Part shown: piece after piece, positions 12,773 to 23,404 of the stretch
How the letters are laid out: every line of letters starts with the position of its first letter
How positions within the stretch are numbered: the stretch's first letter is position 1
Assembly (NCBI RefSeq): GCF_016433145.1
Contig: NC_058134.1
Span: 215,265,475-215,329,474, forward strand
Length of the DNA: 64,000 nucleotides
From: Gracilinanus agilis
Lineage: Eukaryota
Reading direction: 5' to 3'
Translations under genes and position numbers: made by a program
The notes under the pieces: generated by a model
Told to the model about the DNA's origin: nothing
What the model saw: only the letters and a program-made list of their open reading frames with translations
Databases searched by the model: none

Positions 12773-13959
12773 TTAAGTGCTTTTCCTCTTCTCCTTAGCC
12801 TTCCGGACCTCTTCTATCAAGTCCTTCAAATACTGGATCTCCTTGCTTAGAGAATCTGCCTTCTCCTTCAGAGCCTCATTCTTCTGTTCTAGTTCTCTGC
12901 ACTCCCCAGATAATGCCTCCTGCTCTGCCCTTTTTTTCTGCCTATAACGTGTGGCAGCAGTCTTATTCTGCTCCATTTTCTTTAACTTTTTATCTACCTT
13001 TTTCTCTTTTTTGTCCTCAAGGGGGCGGTCGTATGGCTTAGGATGGGCAGAGAGAAACATGATGGGATCGGAACAGAGCTGACTCTCATTAGGAGAGCCC
13101 ATGGAAGTAGAGGGGCTATGCTGGGGAGAACTGAGATAAGACTCGGGGCTTGTGCAGATCCCAATTCCACTATCATTATCTGAAGGAGCTTCTTCTTCTT
13201 TGATACCCTTGGGCATCATCATATAAACAAGTTCTGGGTTTCTGTCTCCTTCCAAGACATCCACTTCACTACCTAGTTCTAAACTAAAAGAATGGTCTGG
13301 AGTGGAGGTCAGGGCCCTCAGAGAAAGGGGAAAAGACTGATGGGAGGGGAGGGGGGCAACATGATCAGCTTCAAGTGTAGTTTCTGGGAATTGGCCAATT
13401 GAATTTACTGTTAAAGGGGCCTCTTTATCATTAGTTGCCAAGGGGTCGAATAGATCACAAGAGTCTTCCAACGTGGCCATAAGCTCAGAGCAGGTGGATT
13501 CCAGGTCATCCATACCCAGGAGGGCATCGAAGTCAAACTCCTTCAGATCCATTTTCTCCACCATCCAATCCATGCCCGAGAAGGCATCCTCTGCAAAACA
13601 AATAACTTTGTGACCAAGCATCCTAGACTAGAATTCAGTCAGGTATCAATCATCACTATTTCCCTATGACCCATTTAATAGCCTCAGCCCCTTCCCCGCC
13701 AAAGTTTCCATCAAAAAACCCTCCATTTCTTACCCTTGCCAAAGTCTGTGGTAGTAACTAAACTGTCCACAGCCAGCCAATCAGAAGAGGCTGCCTTAGC
13801 CTTGTCGCTGGAGAACCCATGCGATTTGAAGGGCTTGGCCTCCTCCAGGTAGTCATCTAAGGGGCTCAGGCTTTCCTCAGCCCCCAAACCCGACTGGTTG
13901 AAGGGGGACAACAAGTCCCCCCACAACAAGTCGCTGTTGAGGAAGCTCATCTCGGTCAT
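12773..13959 (-). CDS. ATF4: Activating transcription factor 4 (bZIP), 347 aa, 2 coding exons
   Basis: Exon 13734-13959 (MTEMSFLNSD..., donor AAGG|GTAAGA) plus exon 12773-13590 (acceptor TTTTGCAG|AG). Contains DAFSGMDWMVEKMDLKEFDFDALL and the bZIP KKMEQNKTAATRYRQKKR...EIQYLKDLIEEV. Total 1044 nt. Confidence 0.98.
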
Positions 13960-14642
13960 GTTGTCGGACTTTCGTCAGTTTCAGGAGGGCAGAGTAGTCT
14001 TGGGTTTGTTTTTCTTGGATGACAGCAATGCTGCTGCTGAATGCCGTGAAAAACCTGGAAGAAATCCTGGGGCATGAGATCCATTTCTTCCCACCCACCC
14101 CCCATTTCTTCCCATATTCGAGGAATTCCAGGAAAGCAAGCTTTAATGGCCGAATTGGAGCAGGGATCACCGCTTAGGTTCTCTCCTCCTCCTCTTCCTT
14201 CTCATGCCCATATAAGGATCGTGGCCGAGGCTCCGCCCGCGGGGGGCCCGAAGGGGATGACTCATATCGAGGCCATCGCGGCCCCTTCGCGTCCCCAACC
14301 CCCACCCCACGGCGTCCGCCATTTTGTCTCCTTCCTTTTCTGCCACGTTGAGCGTGGGCAATGCGCCCGAACCGGCTCGGCTCTCCCTCTACAAAAGTGC
14401 CGCCCCTCTCGGACATTTTCAGAACTCGCTGGGGACCCTTGATCTCCCAAGAAAATCTCTAGGTCAGACAAGACAAATATGCTCTACTCTAGATCATAAT
14501 GTCATTGCCTTATCTGCAAAGCCCAGGAAATAGCCTAACACGTACACATATGCGATTACTAAAGGCCTGGGAGTCTAAATGCCTAGGCGCCCGCCCGCCA
14601 CCCCCCCCACCATCGCTACCATCCCTCTTCCACTCACGCCAT
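13877..14642 (-). CDS. ATF4 uORF2 (inhibitory, spliced, 60 aa, overlaps the ATF4 CDS out of frame by 83 nt)
   Basis: ATG at 14640-14642, ATGGC|GTGAGT donor at 14637, acceptor TTCTTCCAG|G at 14054. Translates MAFFTAFSSSIAV...QHDRDELPQQRLVVGGLVVPLQPVGFGG*, homologous to human uORF2. Confidence 0.92.
14055..14637 (-). other. ATF4 intron 1 (CpG-rich, in the 5' leader)
   Basis: GTGAGT donor and TTTCTTCCAG acceptor. Splicing restores the uORF2 homology. Confidence 0.88.
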
Positions 14643-14731
14643 GGCTTCGCCGCTGGAGTTTGCCGCTGCAGAGCCCGGAGCTGCTGCCGCCGCCGCTGCA
14701 AGGGCCGATGCTGCCGCGGACGCTGCCGCCT

Positions 14732-14743
14732 CTAGAACGCCAT
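14732..14743 (-). CDS. ATF4 uORF1 (Met-Ala-Phe-stop; reinitiation-permissive)
   Basis: CCCGCC-ATG GCG TTC TAG in a strong Kozak context, 89 nt upstream of the uORF2 ATG. Confidence 0.92.
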   Translation of the reverse strand: MAF

Positions 14744-14849
14744 GGCGGGCGCCGGGGGGGGGGGGGGGGTGCCTAAGGCGAGCCGAGCGTGGGGCCGGTG
14801 AGGACGGCAAGGAGAAGGACTGAATACACAATTCTCCAAATGCGGCAGA

Positions 14850-14960
14850 AGTGAAAATGGCGGCCGCAACGCCTCAAGCGACCTTCTTATAGTACGCTCA
14901 TACGTAACGCGGTATTCTTCCGCAGGCGTTAGGCATCCTTCCACCCGAAGCACGTGACCT
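14850..14960 (-). promoter_or_regulatory. ATF4 core promoter
   Basis: YY1/initiator GCCGCCATTTT at 14854-14864, TATAAG at 14886-14891, GTTACGTA (D-box/CRE-like) at 14901-14908, E-box CACGTG at 14951-14956. Confidence 0.75.
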
Positions 14961-15229
14961 CCCCTCCCCAATACGAGGTGTTTTATTCATTTCCATCCTG
15001 TTGTCTCATTGATCTCCGAGCACGATTTCTTGTTATCGACGAAACGAAGGAGGCGACTGCCTTGGGAAAATCTCCCGAAAAAAAGAATGAATGGCAGGGA
15101 CTACTTTTCCACAGCTTTACTTCCTGCTCGCGGAAAGATCTAAATCTCGTGTCATATCACTCCCGTATCCGGTCGCAAGGGAGGGGCCAGGAAGGGCGAG
15201 GGAGGCAGAGCAATAAAATCTCTTTTATC

Positions 15230-15660
15230 CTGGGATGGTTTGCGTCAATGTGGCGTCTGGAGGAAACTCGAAAATCGTGCGAGACTCCGTGATAGGGGCG
15301 GGGCTATGGCAAGAGAACAGTGTTGATTGGCTTCAACTGAATGACTCGCGCCTAGCTCAAGCTCTTATTGGGCCAGAACTAGAAGATTGTCCGAGGTGGT
15401 TCCTACCCGCCGGCGGGCAGCATTGTGGGCGAGGGTCCCGACTGGTGGCCGAGAAATTCTACTTTTCCCCCAATTCTCCATTGTCCCACCCCTGTTTTAG
15501 TCATGATTTTCCAGGTCCAAGGTTCTTCTCCCGCAGCCCCCCAATTCCGAGCCTGGTTGCCCATCCCCCGCCCCGCCCCTTCTAGACCGGAAACCAATGC
15601 CCCTGGGGTCTCTTTTTCACTGATTGGAAAAATTGATGAATCACGTGAGCTGAAATGGAT
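15230..15660. promoter_or_regulatory. ATF4 upstream regulatory module (CCAAT, GC boxes, E-box)
   Basis: CCAAT/ATTGG at 15326, 15367, 15541, 15594 and 15623. GC boxes at ~15295 and 15566-15579. TCACGTGA at 15641-15648. TTTGCGTCAAT at ~15239. Confidence 0.6.
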
Positions 15661-15837
15661 AAAGTGAAATTGAAGAGATCAATGTAAAGGCGTTCATTTA
15701 ACTCTTCAAGGACCATCAGCTGGAGGACCCGTGGCTGGACGGCAAACCCAATACTATACCGGGAGGGGGAGGGAGGGAGGGTTGGGGAACCCCTCAGTGA
15801 TTGAGGGAGCCAAAAAAAATCTAATTCATTCGAGGAT

Positions 15838-16025
15838 AGATAGTTGGTTCATTGGTTAGAGAGCCAGGCCTAGAGATAGGTCATCTTTGGTTCCAGTCTG
15901 ACCTCAGGCACTTCCTTGCTGTGTAACCCTGGGTGTCACTTAACCCCTATTGCCTGGCCCTTACTGCTCTCCTGCCCTGGAACCAATACACAGTATTGAT
16001 ATTAAGAGGGAAAGTAAATATTTTT
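15838..16025 (+). mobile_element. SINE1_Mdo-like SINE
   Basis: GAGAGCCAGGCCTAGAGATAGG...CAGTATTGAT...GTAAAT. Confidence 0.8.
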
Positions 16026-16497
16026 AAATGCCAATTCACTCCTAGGGTACAAATAAGTTGGGTGTAAAGAAAAGGGAAGGAGTGGTCCTACTGGGCGCCC
16101 CCCAACCCCCCCCCCCCCCAGTTTTCCAGAGAGCATCTAAAATGATGGTGTCCCAGGAGGGCCATCAAAGGGTTTGAAGTCAAGAAGAGCAAGTTCAGGA
16201 GGAACCCAGTTAAGTGTGTTCTTGGCCTGTTTTAGGAGATCTCAGATGATGCCTCTTGGGCAGAACTGAGAGTAATGGGAGATGAGGCTGATGGAAATTT
16301 CACCAAAAGTAGAAAGAGATGCTGCAGTGGGTGCAATCAAAAAGCATTGATTAACCACCACCAAGAATTAAAGAAAAACAGGACCAGGCCCTCAGGAGCT
16401 CACAGACTAATAGAGGGGAGATAGAAAAGGACAGACAAGGTTGCCCACTTTGTCATCCCTTGTAAGGTAGCTTCCTGTATAGGGCTGGCTTGGATTA

Positions 16498-16742
16498 TGT
16501 AGCTATAGATGGTTCCTTCCAACTCTTGAGAGTTGCTAGATGGATAGAATGCCAGGCCTGGAGCCAGGAAGACTCACCTTCTTTAGTTCAAATCCAGCCT
16601 CAGATACTTCCTAGCTGTCACTTAACTTTGCCTCAGTTCCTCATCTATAAAATGAGTTTTGAGAAGGAAATGGCAAACCACTCCAGGACCTTTGCCAAGG
16701 AAATCCCAAATGAGGTCACAAAGAGCCAGACTGAACAACTGG
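16498..16742 (+). mobile_element. MAR1-like CORE-SINE
   Basis: MIR core plus the GAGAAGGAAATGGCAAACCACTCCAG...GACTGAACAAC tail. Confidence 0.75.
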
Positions 16743-18231
16743 GAGATTATGATTCTGGAATTGTCACAAGGTTTTCTTTCAAATTGAGCAGACATATCAG
16801 CTTACCAACAATCTATTCGTGGCCCCTAGTTCTAACCTCTTTGATAGAACAAATCTGGTCCCTCTTCCATAGGAAAGCCCATTAAGGACAATCATGTCCC
16901 CTTCCTTTACCCTAACCCTCCTGCATCCTTTCTTCCTGGTTCCACCAACTGATCTTGGTTTGGCCTGTTTCTCAATCATCTCAACATCCTGGTCACTCTC
17001 TTCTGCCTATACTCCAGTTTGCCAAAGGCTCTTAAAAAAAGAAATGGGCCATCTAGGTGTGGGCTTGTCAGAAGGGAAGACATCAAGACAGTCCCTTCCC
17101 TGGTCCTAAACATGGTGCCTCCCTTAATGAATACACTCAGTTTACATGAGCTTTTTAAAGGCTGACATGTCTTACTGTTGACTCATGCTCACTAAATTGC
17201 CCAGATTGTTTTCACAGCAACTGCCTGGGCCCTGCCTCCTCCATCCTGTACTGTGCAGCTGTCCAAATGTAAGCCCTTCACTTTGATCCCATTTCACTAG
17301 AATTGGCCCACCATGGGAGGCTGTGGAGATCTTTGGGGACTTAGATTCTGTCCTTCTGCCTGTCAGCTTACTCCCAGTTTTCCCATCTGCAATTGTTAAA
17401 ATCACTACCTATTATCCAGGTCACAGATATAAATAATCAGTGTGGGGCCTAAAAAAAGGCCCGAGTTGAGCTTGGAAATATAACCCAAAGCTTTCTGGAT
17501 TTCCTCCAGAATCTGGGATACAGAAAATTATCTGTAAAATATTGTTATTCAAGTATTTATAGATGCCATATTAATGTGAGCTTTGCAAAAGGATATTCTT
17601 TAACAGAAACATCACATACCATCTCTGCAAACAACTTAGGAATCAAATTTCCTAAAAGGATCAATTCCTGTCAGAAGATGATTTCTGGGGACAAAATCTA
17701 TTGGCTAAGATATCCAAATGTTAATGTTTAATATCAGTTTCTATTGTACTAATTTTCTCTCTTTATATTCGGTGTTCTAGTTTTTGCCCCAGTCCTGGGT
17801 TCTATACTTCTGTCTTAGGGACAGAAGCTCCCCTTTGTGACCTGTCTGCCAGTCTAGGGAAACAGTCTGGTCTCTCAGCCTTCAGGACCTTGGCATTTGT
17901 TACAGAGATGCCCCTGAAGACCCTGTGCCCACAGCAACTCCTCCTCCTCTCAAGGATTCTACGCTCCTTATCAGTTTGAAGAAGCTACAGAAGATTGAAA
18001 CCATCATCCCTCTTCCCTTAGATATTTGGAGGAGGGGGGAGATGGCATGGGACATTGTGGGACATTGTACCCTGGAGATAGCATAGAACATTGCACCCCC
18101 ATAGTGAAAAAGGTTTTCAGGCAAATTATAGGCAGGAAAATTCCTTTGCTCATACTATGTACCCTTACCTGACATCAAGTCAAAGGTTTGACTCAGTTAC
18201 TAGTAGAGGGGAATTGAGGTAGAACAATGAG

Positions 18232-18420
18232 ACCCTAATTTCCACCATGCTGGGGCCCTTGGTGACCCTTCTTCTCCTTCTCACTATCAGCCCCTGAGTC
18301 CTAAACAGACTAGTGACCTTTGTCAAAGATCCTATCAACACCATACAGCTTATGGTCCTTCGGCAGCAATACCGGACTATCTCCCCTACACCTTCCATCT
18401 GTAATGACACAGGCATTTAA
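18232..18420 (+). pseudogene. Endogenous gammaretrovirus-like env TM C-terminus (membrane anchor, cytoplasmic tail, R-peptide region), degenerate
   Basis: Reads [46 protein letters not shown], aligning with MLV-type [46 protein letters not shown]. The conserved Cys codon has become TGA. Confidence 0.8.
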
Positions 18421-18446
18421 GAATGATTTCTTTATGATCCAACTCC

Positions 18447-19060
18447 AGAAGTGGGGAATGTGGAACCTGGAGGGTCAGAATTAAAAATCCAGACCCCTGT
18501 AAAACATTATAGTGAAACAGGCTTGTCTACAGGAATTTCAAACCTGCAGACCTTTGGTGTCCAGATCCTAACCCTTGCATGATAAAACAGCCTTATCTAC
18601 AGGAACTCATACCTCACAGACATCCCACCCCCCATCTACAGGAATTTCAACCTTGCAGACAGCCTGCCCCCACCCCCTGCTTATCCTTAAATATTCCACT
18701 CCAGCACAGCTCAAGGTCTAGGTGGACTTGAGTCATGAGTCCCTAGCCTTAAGCTAGACAAAAAGACCCTTTGCATTTTGAAAAAAAAAAAAAAAAAAAA
18801 AGGCCTAAGGACATTCCACCAGGAAGCTACCAACCTCCAATTTGACTTTTATCAGGCTTCCATTTCCAAATGGAAATATCCCAGTTATTGCCTTACAGCC
18901 CTTACATATCTCCATCTGGTCCACAAGGATTTTATGAACAACTGTCAACAGAAAAATAGAAAACAAACCTAAATGCCCAGACCCATCTCTTCTATAAAAA
19001 TCGTTAAGCTTTGCCAGAAACATGTCACGCTCACCAATCTAGTCTACAGGCCTATCTAAA
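18447..19060 (+). mobile_element. Polypurine tract and 3' LTR remnant
   Basis: PPT AGAAGTGGGGAA (18447-18458) immediately followed by TG at 18459. Three ~26-bp U3-like direct repeats and TATAAAA at 18993. The right boundary is uncertain. Confidence 0.55.
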
Positions 19061-21000
19061 CAGATTAAGAAACTAGAGTGGTAGAGAGTGGACAGGACTT
19101 GCCCAAGGTCAGAAGTGTTACAAGGTAGGGTGGGAACTCCCCTTGGATTTTGATATTTGCTTAACATTATTCTCCAGGACTTAGAGCCATCACTTCATTC
19201 CTTGGAAGCCCCAGATGATCTCTAAGGTCTCTGCATTCTGAAATTCTATGAATCCAACAACCCAGGTTCAGATAGCCATTCTTCCACTAGTTAGAGGCAA
19301 AATGAAATAGCAGAGAGAACTCCTTGCTGCCAACAGTGTGCCCTTAGCAAATCCCTTTCTTCCTCTGGGTCTGAGAGGGTGACCAGATAACCTCGTTAGT
19401 CCCTGCTAGCCCTAAATCCTTGACCTCTGGGGCTGTTTGCTCCTCTGTCCACTGAGGTGGGCCCTGAACATTCCAGTAAGGAATGAGGGGCCAGTTCTCT
19501 TCTAGCTCTAAATCCTACAAACTAACTTCGATCTAGAAAACCATATGGTACAAAAGAGTGGTAGAGACTCCAGGTTCAAATCCTGGCTTAGCCACATCAA
19601 TTCATTCTTTGGGCCTCCATTCCCTTAGATGTAAAATGAGCCCATTAGCCTAACTGAGGTCCCCTAATCTGTGATCTGAAAGGTTTGCTCTTTAAAAATC
19701 AAAACTCGGTTGGATTCATCTTATTCAGACAGAAAATGAACTCTATGAGTGGTGGTGGTTCTACAGCTGTAGCACACTATATATGATCCTATTTTTTTTC
19801 TGTATTGATCAGTTTTGGGGGGGGGGTAATTTGTTCTCTATGGGTAGCTCTTACAAAAGGAAAAAAGAGATATGGGGAAAATAAAACATATCAAAGTATT
19901 TTTAAAAAGAGAAAAGGGCATACTTAAATCGGAAGGTCTATCACATCCCATCTGCAAGAGATAATTACTTTTCCCGCTATATCCCTCCATTTTTATTGCC
20001 CTTACTTCCCCTAGGACTTGAGGCTCCTTGGCCCCATCATAGGATCTCTGATTTAAAGTTCTCCTCATATTAATACTTTTTTTTTTTTCTCTATGCCTTA
20101 ATAGACTAGGACTCCAGAAATGTGGATTCCAGTCTTGGCTGTGCCTTTATGGCAATAGAGGACTTTAGGTAAGCCTTCTCAGAGCCAGTCTCCACATCGA
20201 TAAAAGTCTAGGGTGGGGTACAGGGGGAAGGGCCAGAAAAAAAAGGAACATTGGGCTAGACTACCTCTAAGGTTCTTTCTAGTTCCAACAATATTAATAA
20301 ACGTCCATGAGTGAGTGGCCAATAAAAAAGAAAACTCAACAGCAAACCAACCTGCTGCTGGTCTCCAAACTTCTTGGTTCTTGGCCATTTATGGGGCCAA
20401 CTTGAAACCCTTCCAGCTTGGTAGCACCTATCAGAACTCACACTTCCCTGGGAAGGCCTCCAATAAGAAAGGGTCTTCTCCATGCTGCTGGGAGCCATCA
20501 GAATGGAAGGCTTAGTCTGTATAGCACTATATGAATTTGTACTGATTGTTTTACTTCATAAACAGAGGGGCTTGGAATGGCAGAGCATCTCTCAGAATTG
20601 AAAAGGTAGTGTCCATAGTGGATGAATAGAACTGGCCTCAGAACTTTGAAGTCTGTTTTCAAGTCCTGCTTCTGACATCTAGATAAGGGAATGAGAGGTG
20701 GCCTTAATCTAAGGTGCATGAACTTTTTTGTTAAAAAATATCAACTATATTTCAGTAAAATTTCTTTTTCTTTGTAATCCTGTGTATTTAATGTACATTA
20801 TAAACATGATTCTGAAATGAGGCCCATTTTGAACACAAGAACATGGCCAGCAAATCCATTTCCCAAGCAGCCTGGCACAGGATGCCTTATTGCTAGAGAT
20901 AGGGCACATTGCCCAAAGCTTTCAGGCTCAGATAAATGGAGCGGCCATCATCAGGAAAGTGGATGTGGGAAACTCTCCCAAGGGGAAAGGGGAAGAGGGG

Positions 21001-21186
21001 CAGATAGGTAGTATAGTGGATAGCATGCCAGGCTTAGAGTCAGCAGGATCTAGGTTCAAATCTGACCTGACACTTCCTGTGTAACCCTAGCCAAGTCACC
21101 TACCCCTTGCTAACTAGCAGCCCTTGCTGCTTTGTCTGTATTAGAACTGATACTAAGACAGAAGGTGTGGGTTAAAAAAAAAAAAT
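21001..21186 (+). mobile_element. SINE1_Mdo-like SINE
   Basis: CAGATAGGTAGTATAGTGGATAG...GACAGAAGGTGTGGG plus poly(A). Confidence 0.75.
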
Positions 21187-22130
21187 TAGGGAACAGGGTA
21201 GGCCTTAAAAATAGTAAAAGATGTAAAAGGCATGCTCAAAGCCTTTACACAAAAAAGAGGTTCCTAAAGAGGGTTCTACATCTCTAAATTTCTTTTGTTC
21301 CCAGACTGCCCAGACCATGACTTTCCCATTTCTTCCCAGATGTCAGCACCTGACAGAGGCAGCTTAGACTGTCTGGATGTGCTGGGAGTGACCAATTCAG
21401 AGTCCCTCCACTGAGGAGGAGGATCACTGGACCTTGCCATTTGTTGTACCATAGCACCTAAGGTCCTCTGGGCTGATCTGCCCAGCCCCTGCCTCTACAT
21501 TCCCCAGACCCTCCAAGGCACCCTCATTTTGCCTGTTAGTGCCCTCTAATATTCTTGGGGTTTTGCCTCACCCTATCAGATCCCCTAAAATTTGGGGGCC
21601 TTTCCCATCTGCTCTGCAGCTGAATTTTCCCAATTAGCAGAAGCTCCTGAAAGGCCTACTTTCCCATTCTTTTGCATCCCCAGCAAATGGCACATAGTAA
21701 GCATTTAATAACTGCTTTCTTACTCCTGCATTAACTTGAGGTATACAAAAAAATTAAAAAAAAAAAAAAGCCAGCAGTTGGTCTAATAGCCAAGTAAGCT
21801 TCTAGTGAACTAGGTCTTGGGTTCAAGTTCCACTTCTGAAGTACTGGCTTGTGACTGGGAAAGTCACTAAATTCTTCCGCGTCTCCAAGCCCACACAGCT
21901 GAGACAAGCAGGTACAAAGCTGTTGCTGACCTGCAGCAGGATTTGCCCTACAGCTTTCCACTTTCCTATTTCTCTAAAGCCAGACAATCCAGACCAACAA
22001 ACCAGAAATTTCCCTCTCCTCTTGGATAGCCAGAAAGTACTTCCATGACTTCCTCTAGTCTAAGAGCTCTGAACTTGGGGTCAGAATGTTTTTAAGTGTT
22101 TTGATATTTTAATATACCTGAGATTCTGGA

Positions 22131-22295
22131 AGGCAGCTAGGTAGTTTAGTGGATTGACCTAGGCCTAGAGGTGATAGGTCCAGGGTTCAAATCTGTCCTC
22201 AGGTGCTTTCTGTGTGACCCTGGGCAAGTCACTTAACCCTTATTGCCTAGCCACATCTGCTCTCTTCTGCCTTGGGACCAATACATAGTATTGGC
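22131..22295 (+). mobile_element. SINE1_Mdo-like SINE (3'-truncated)
   Basis: GGCAGCTAGGTAG...GGTTCAAATC...CCAATACATAGTATTG. Confidence 0.75.
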
Positions 22296-23404
22296 CCCCA
22301 AATTAGGTCCAACTCTTCCTTTTACAAATGAAGCAATCTTCCGTGGCTGCTGGCTTCCTTAAATTTCAGATCCTTGATCCTGGAATCAGAGGCACTCCAG
22401 ACTTATATCCGAGTGACCAGTCTATTTTGACATTGATGAATCCTTCTGATTCATGTGATAGTGCCAAGAAATTTTACTTTGGCTATATCCCAATCCATCA
22501 TGTGCCCTATCAATCTCTGCACATCTGGGGGTGTCACCTTCACCACCCATGCTTGGAAAGCATGCCGTCATCTCTGCTTTTCAGAATCTTTTTCTCTCAA
22601 GATTCAGCTCTGGGGTCACCCAGAAGCCTGACAAGAAGGCTTTACTAATTCTTCCCATTGCCCACGACTGAGAATTCTTTTTCTCCTGGAAGTGATCCAA
22701 GATGACTTGAGAGCATCATCTTCTCAACCAGGTTTTAATTTCTCTGCAGCAGACTGTTAGATTAACCCTAAGTGCAAGTATTTTTTCTTAAACTCCTGAA
22801 AGACCCAGTGCTTCTGGTTACTGTCATACTTCCCTAATGGCCTAATAACCCTATGGGTAGAAAGCCATGTCTACATTAACAATACAGTGGTTTGTTGTCT
22901 GTAAAAAGCCAGCAATAAGTCACCAATTGCCTCAAGAGTCCGCCTCTAATTCTAATTCTAATCTAGACCAAGACATGGTGCTGCTGTTTTCAGGAGGGCT
23001 GGGTGTTTAAAAAACATAGCAGCAGAGAATAATCATTCTGTGTATAGACACAAAAGACCCTGAAACATGAAAGCCCATGCCCACTTTGGGAACAGGAGCC
23101 ACAGAAAGCATGTGATCTTTGTGAATTACCATGAAAGCCCTAGAATAATCTAGGAGAAAAATGATCACTACAAATGGTCAAGTAAAGGCTTCTCTCCTTT
23201 AATTTCTCTACTTCCAGCCCTTGTTTCCAAGCCCATTTAAATTTAAAATGCAAAGGGCAAGACTAAGGTGAACCCAACATCACCTGCCTAGTCTTGGAGG
23301 CTTCAGTGAAGTATCTAACTCCTCCTGGGTGAAAGGTAAGCCCCTCAGAGGGGAGGCCCCAAGGAGCCCACACCACCCTACCCAGCAGCCTCCAAACAAA
23401 CAGC

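Noticed and set aside
13591-13621. Alternative ATF4 start suggested by the ORF track (MLGHKVICF)
   Set aside because: Intronic sequence upstream of the acceptor at 13591.
13960-14743. N-terminally extended ATF4 via uORF1 stop read-through (uORF1 is in frame with ATF4 after splicing)
   Set aside because: Two in-frame TGA codons at 13981-13983 and 13975-13977 block it.
22328-22648. 106-aa ORF between ATF4 and MIEF1
   Set aside because: No recognisable motif in any frame, and no promoter or splice support.
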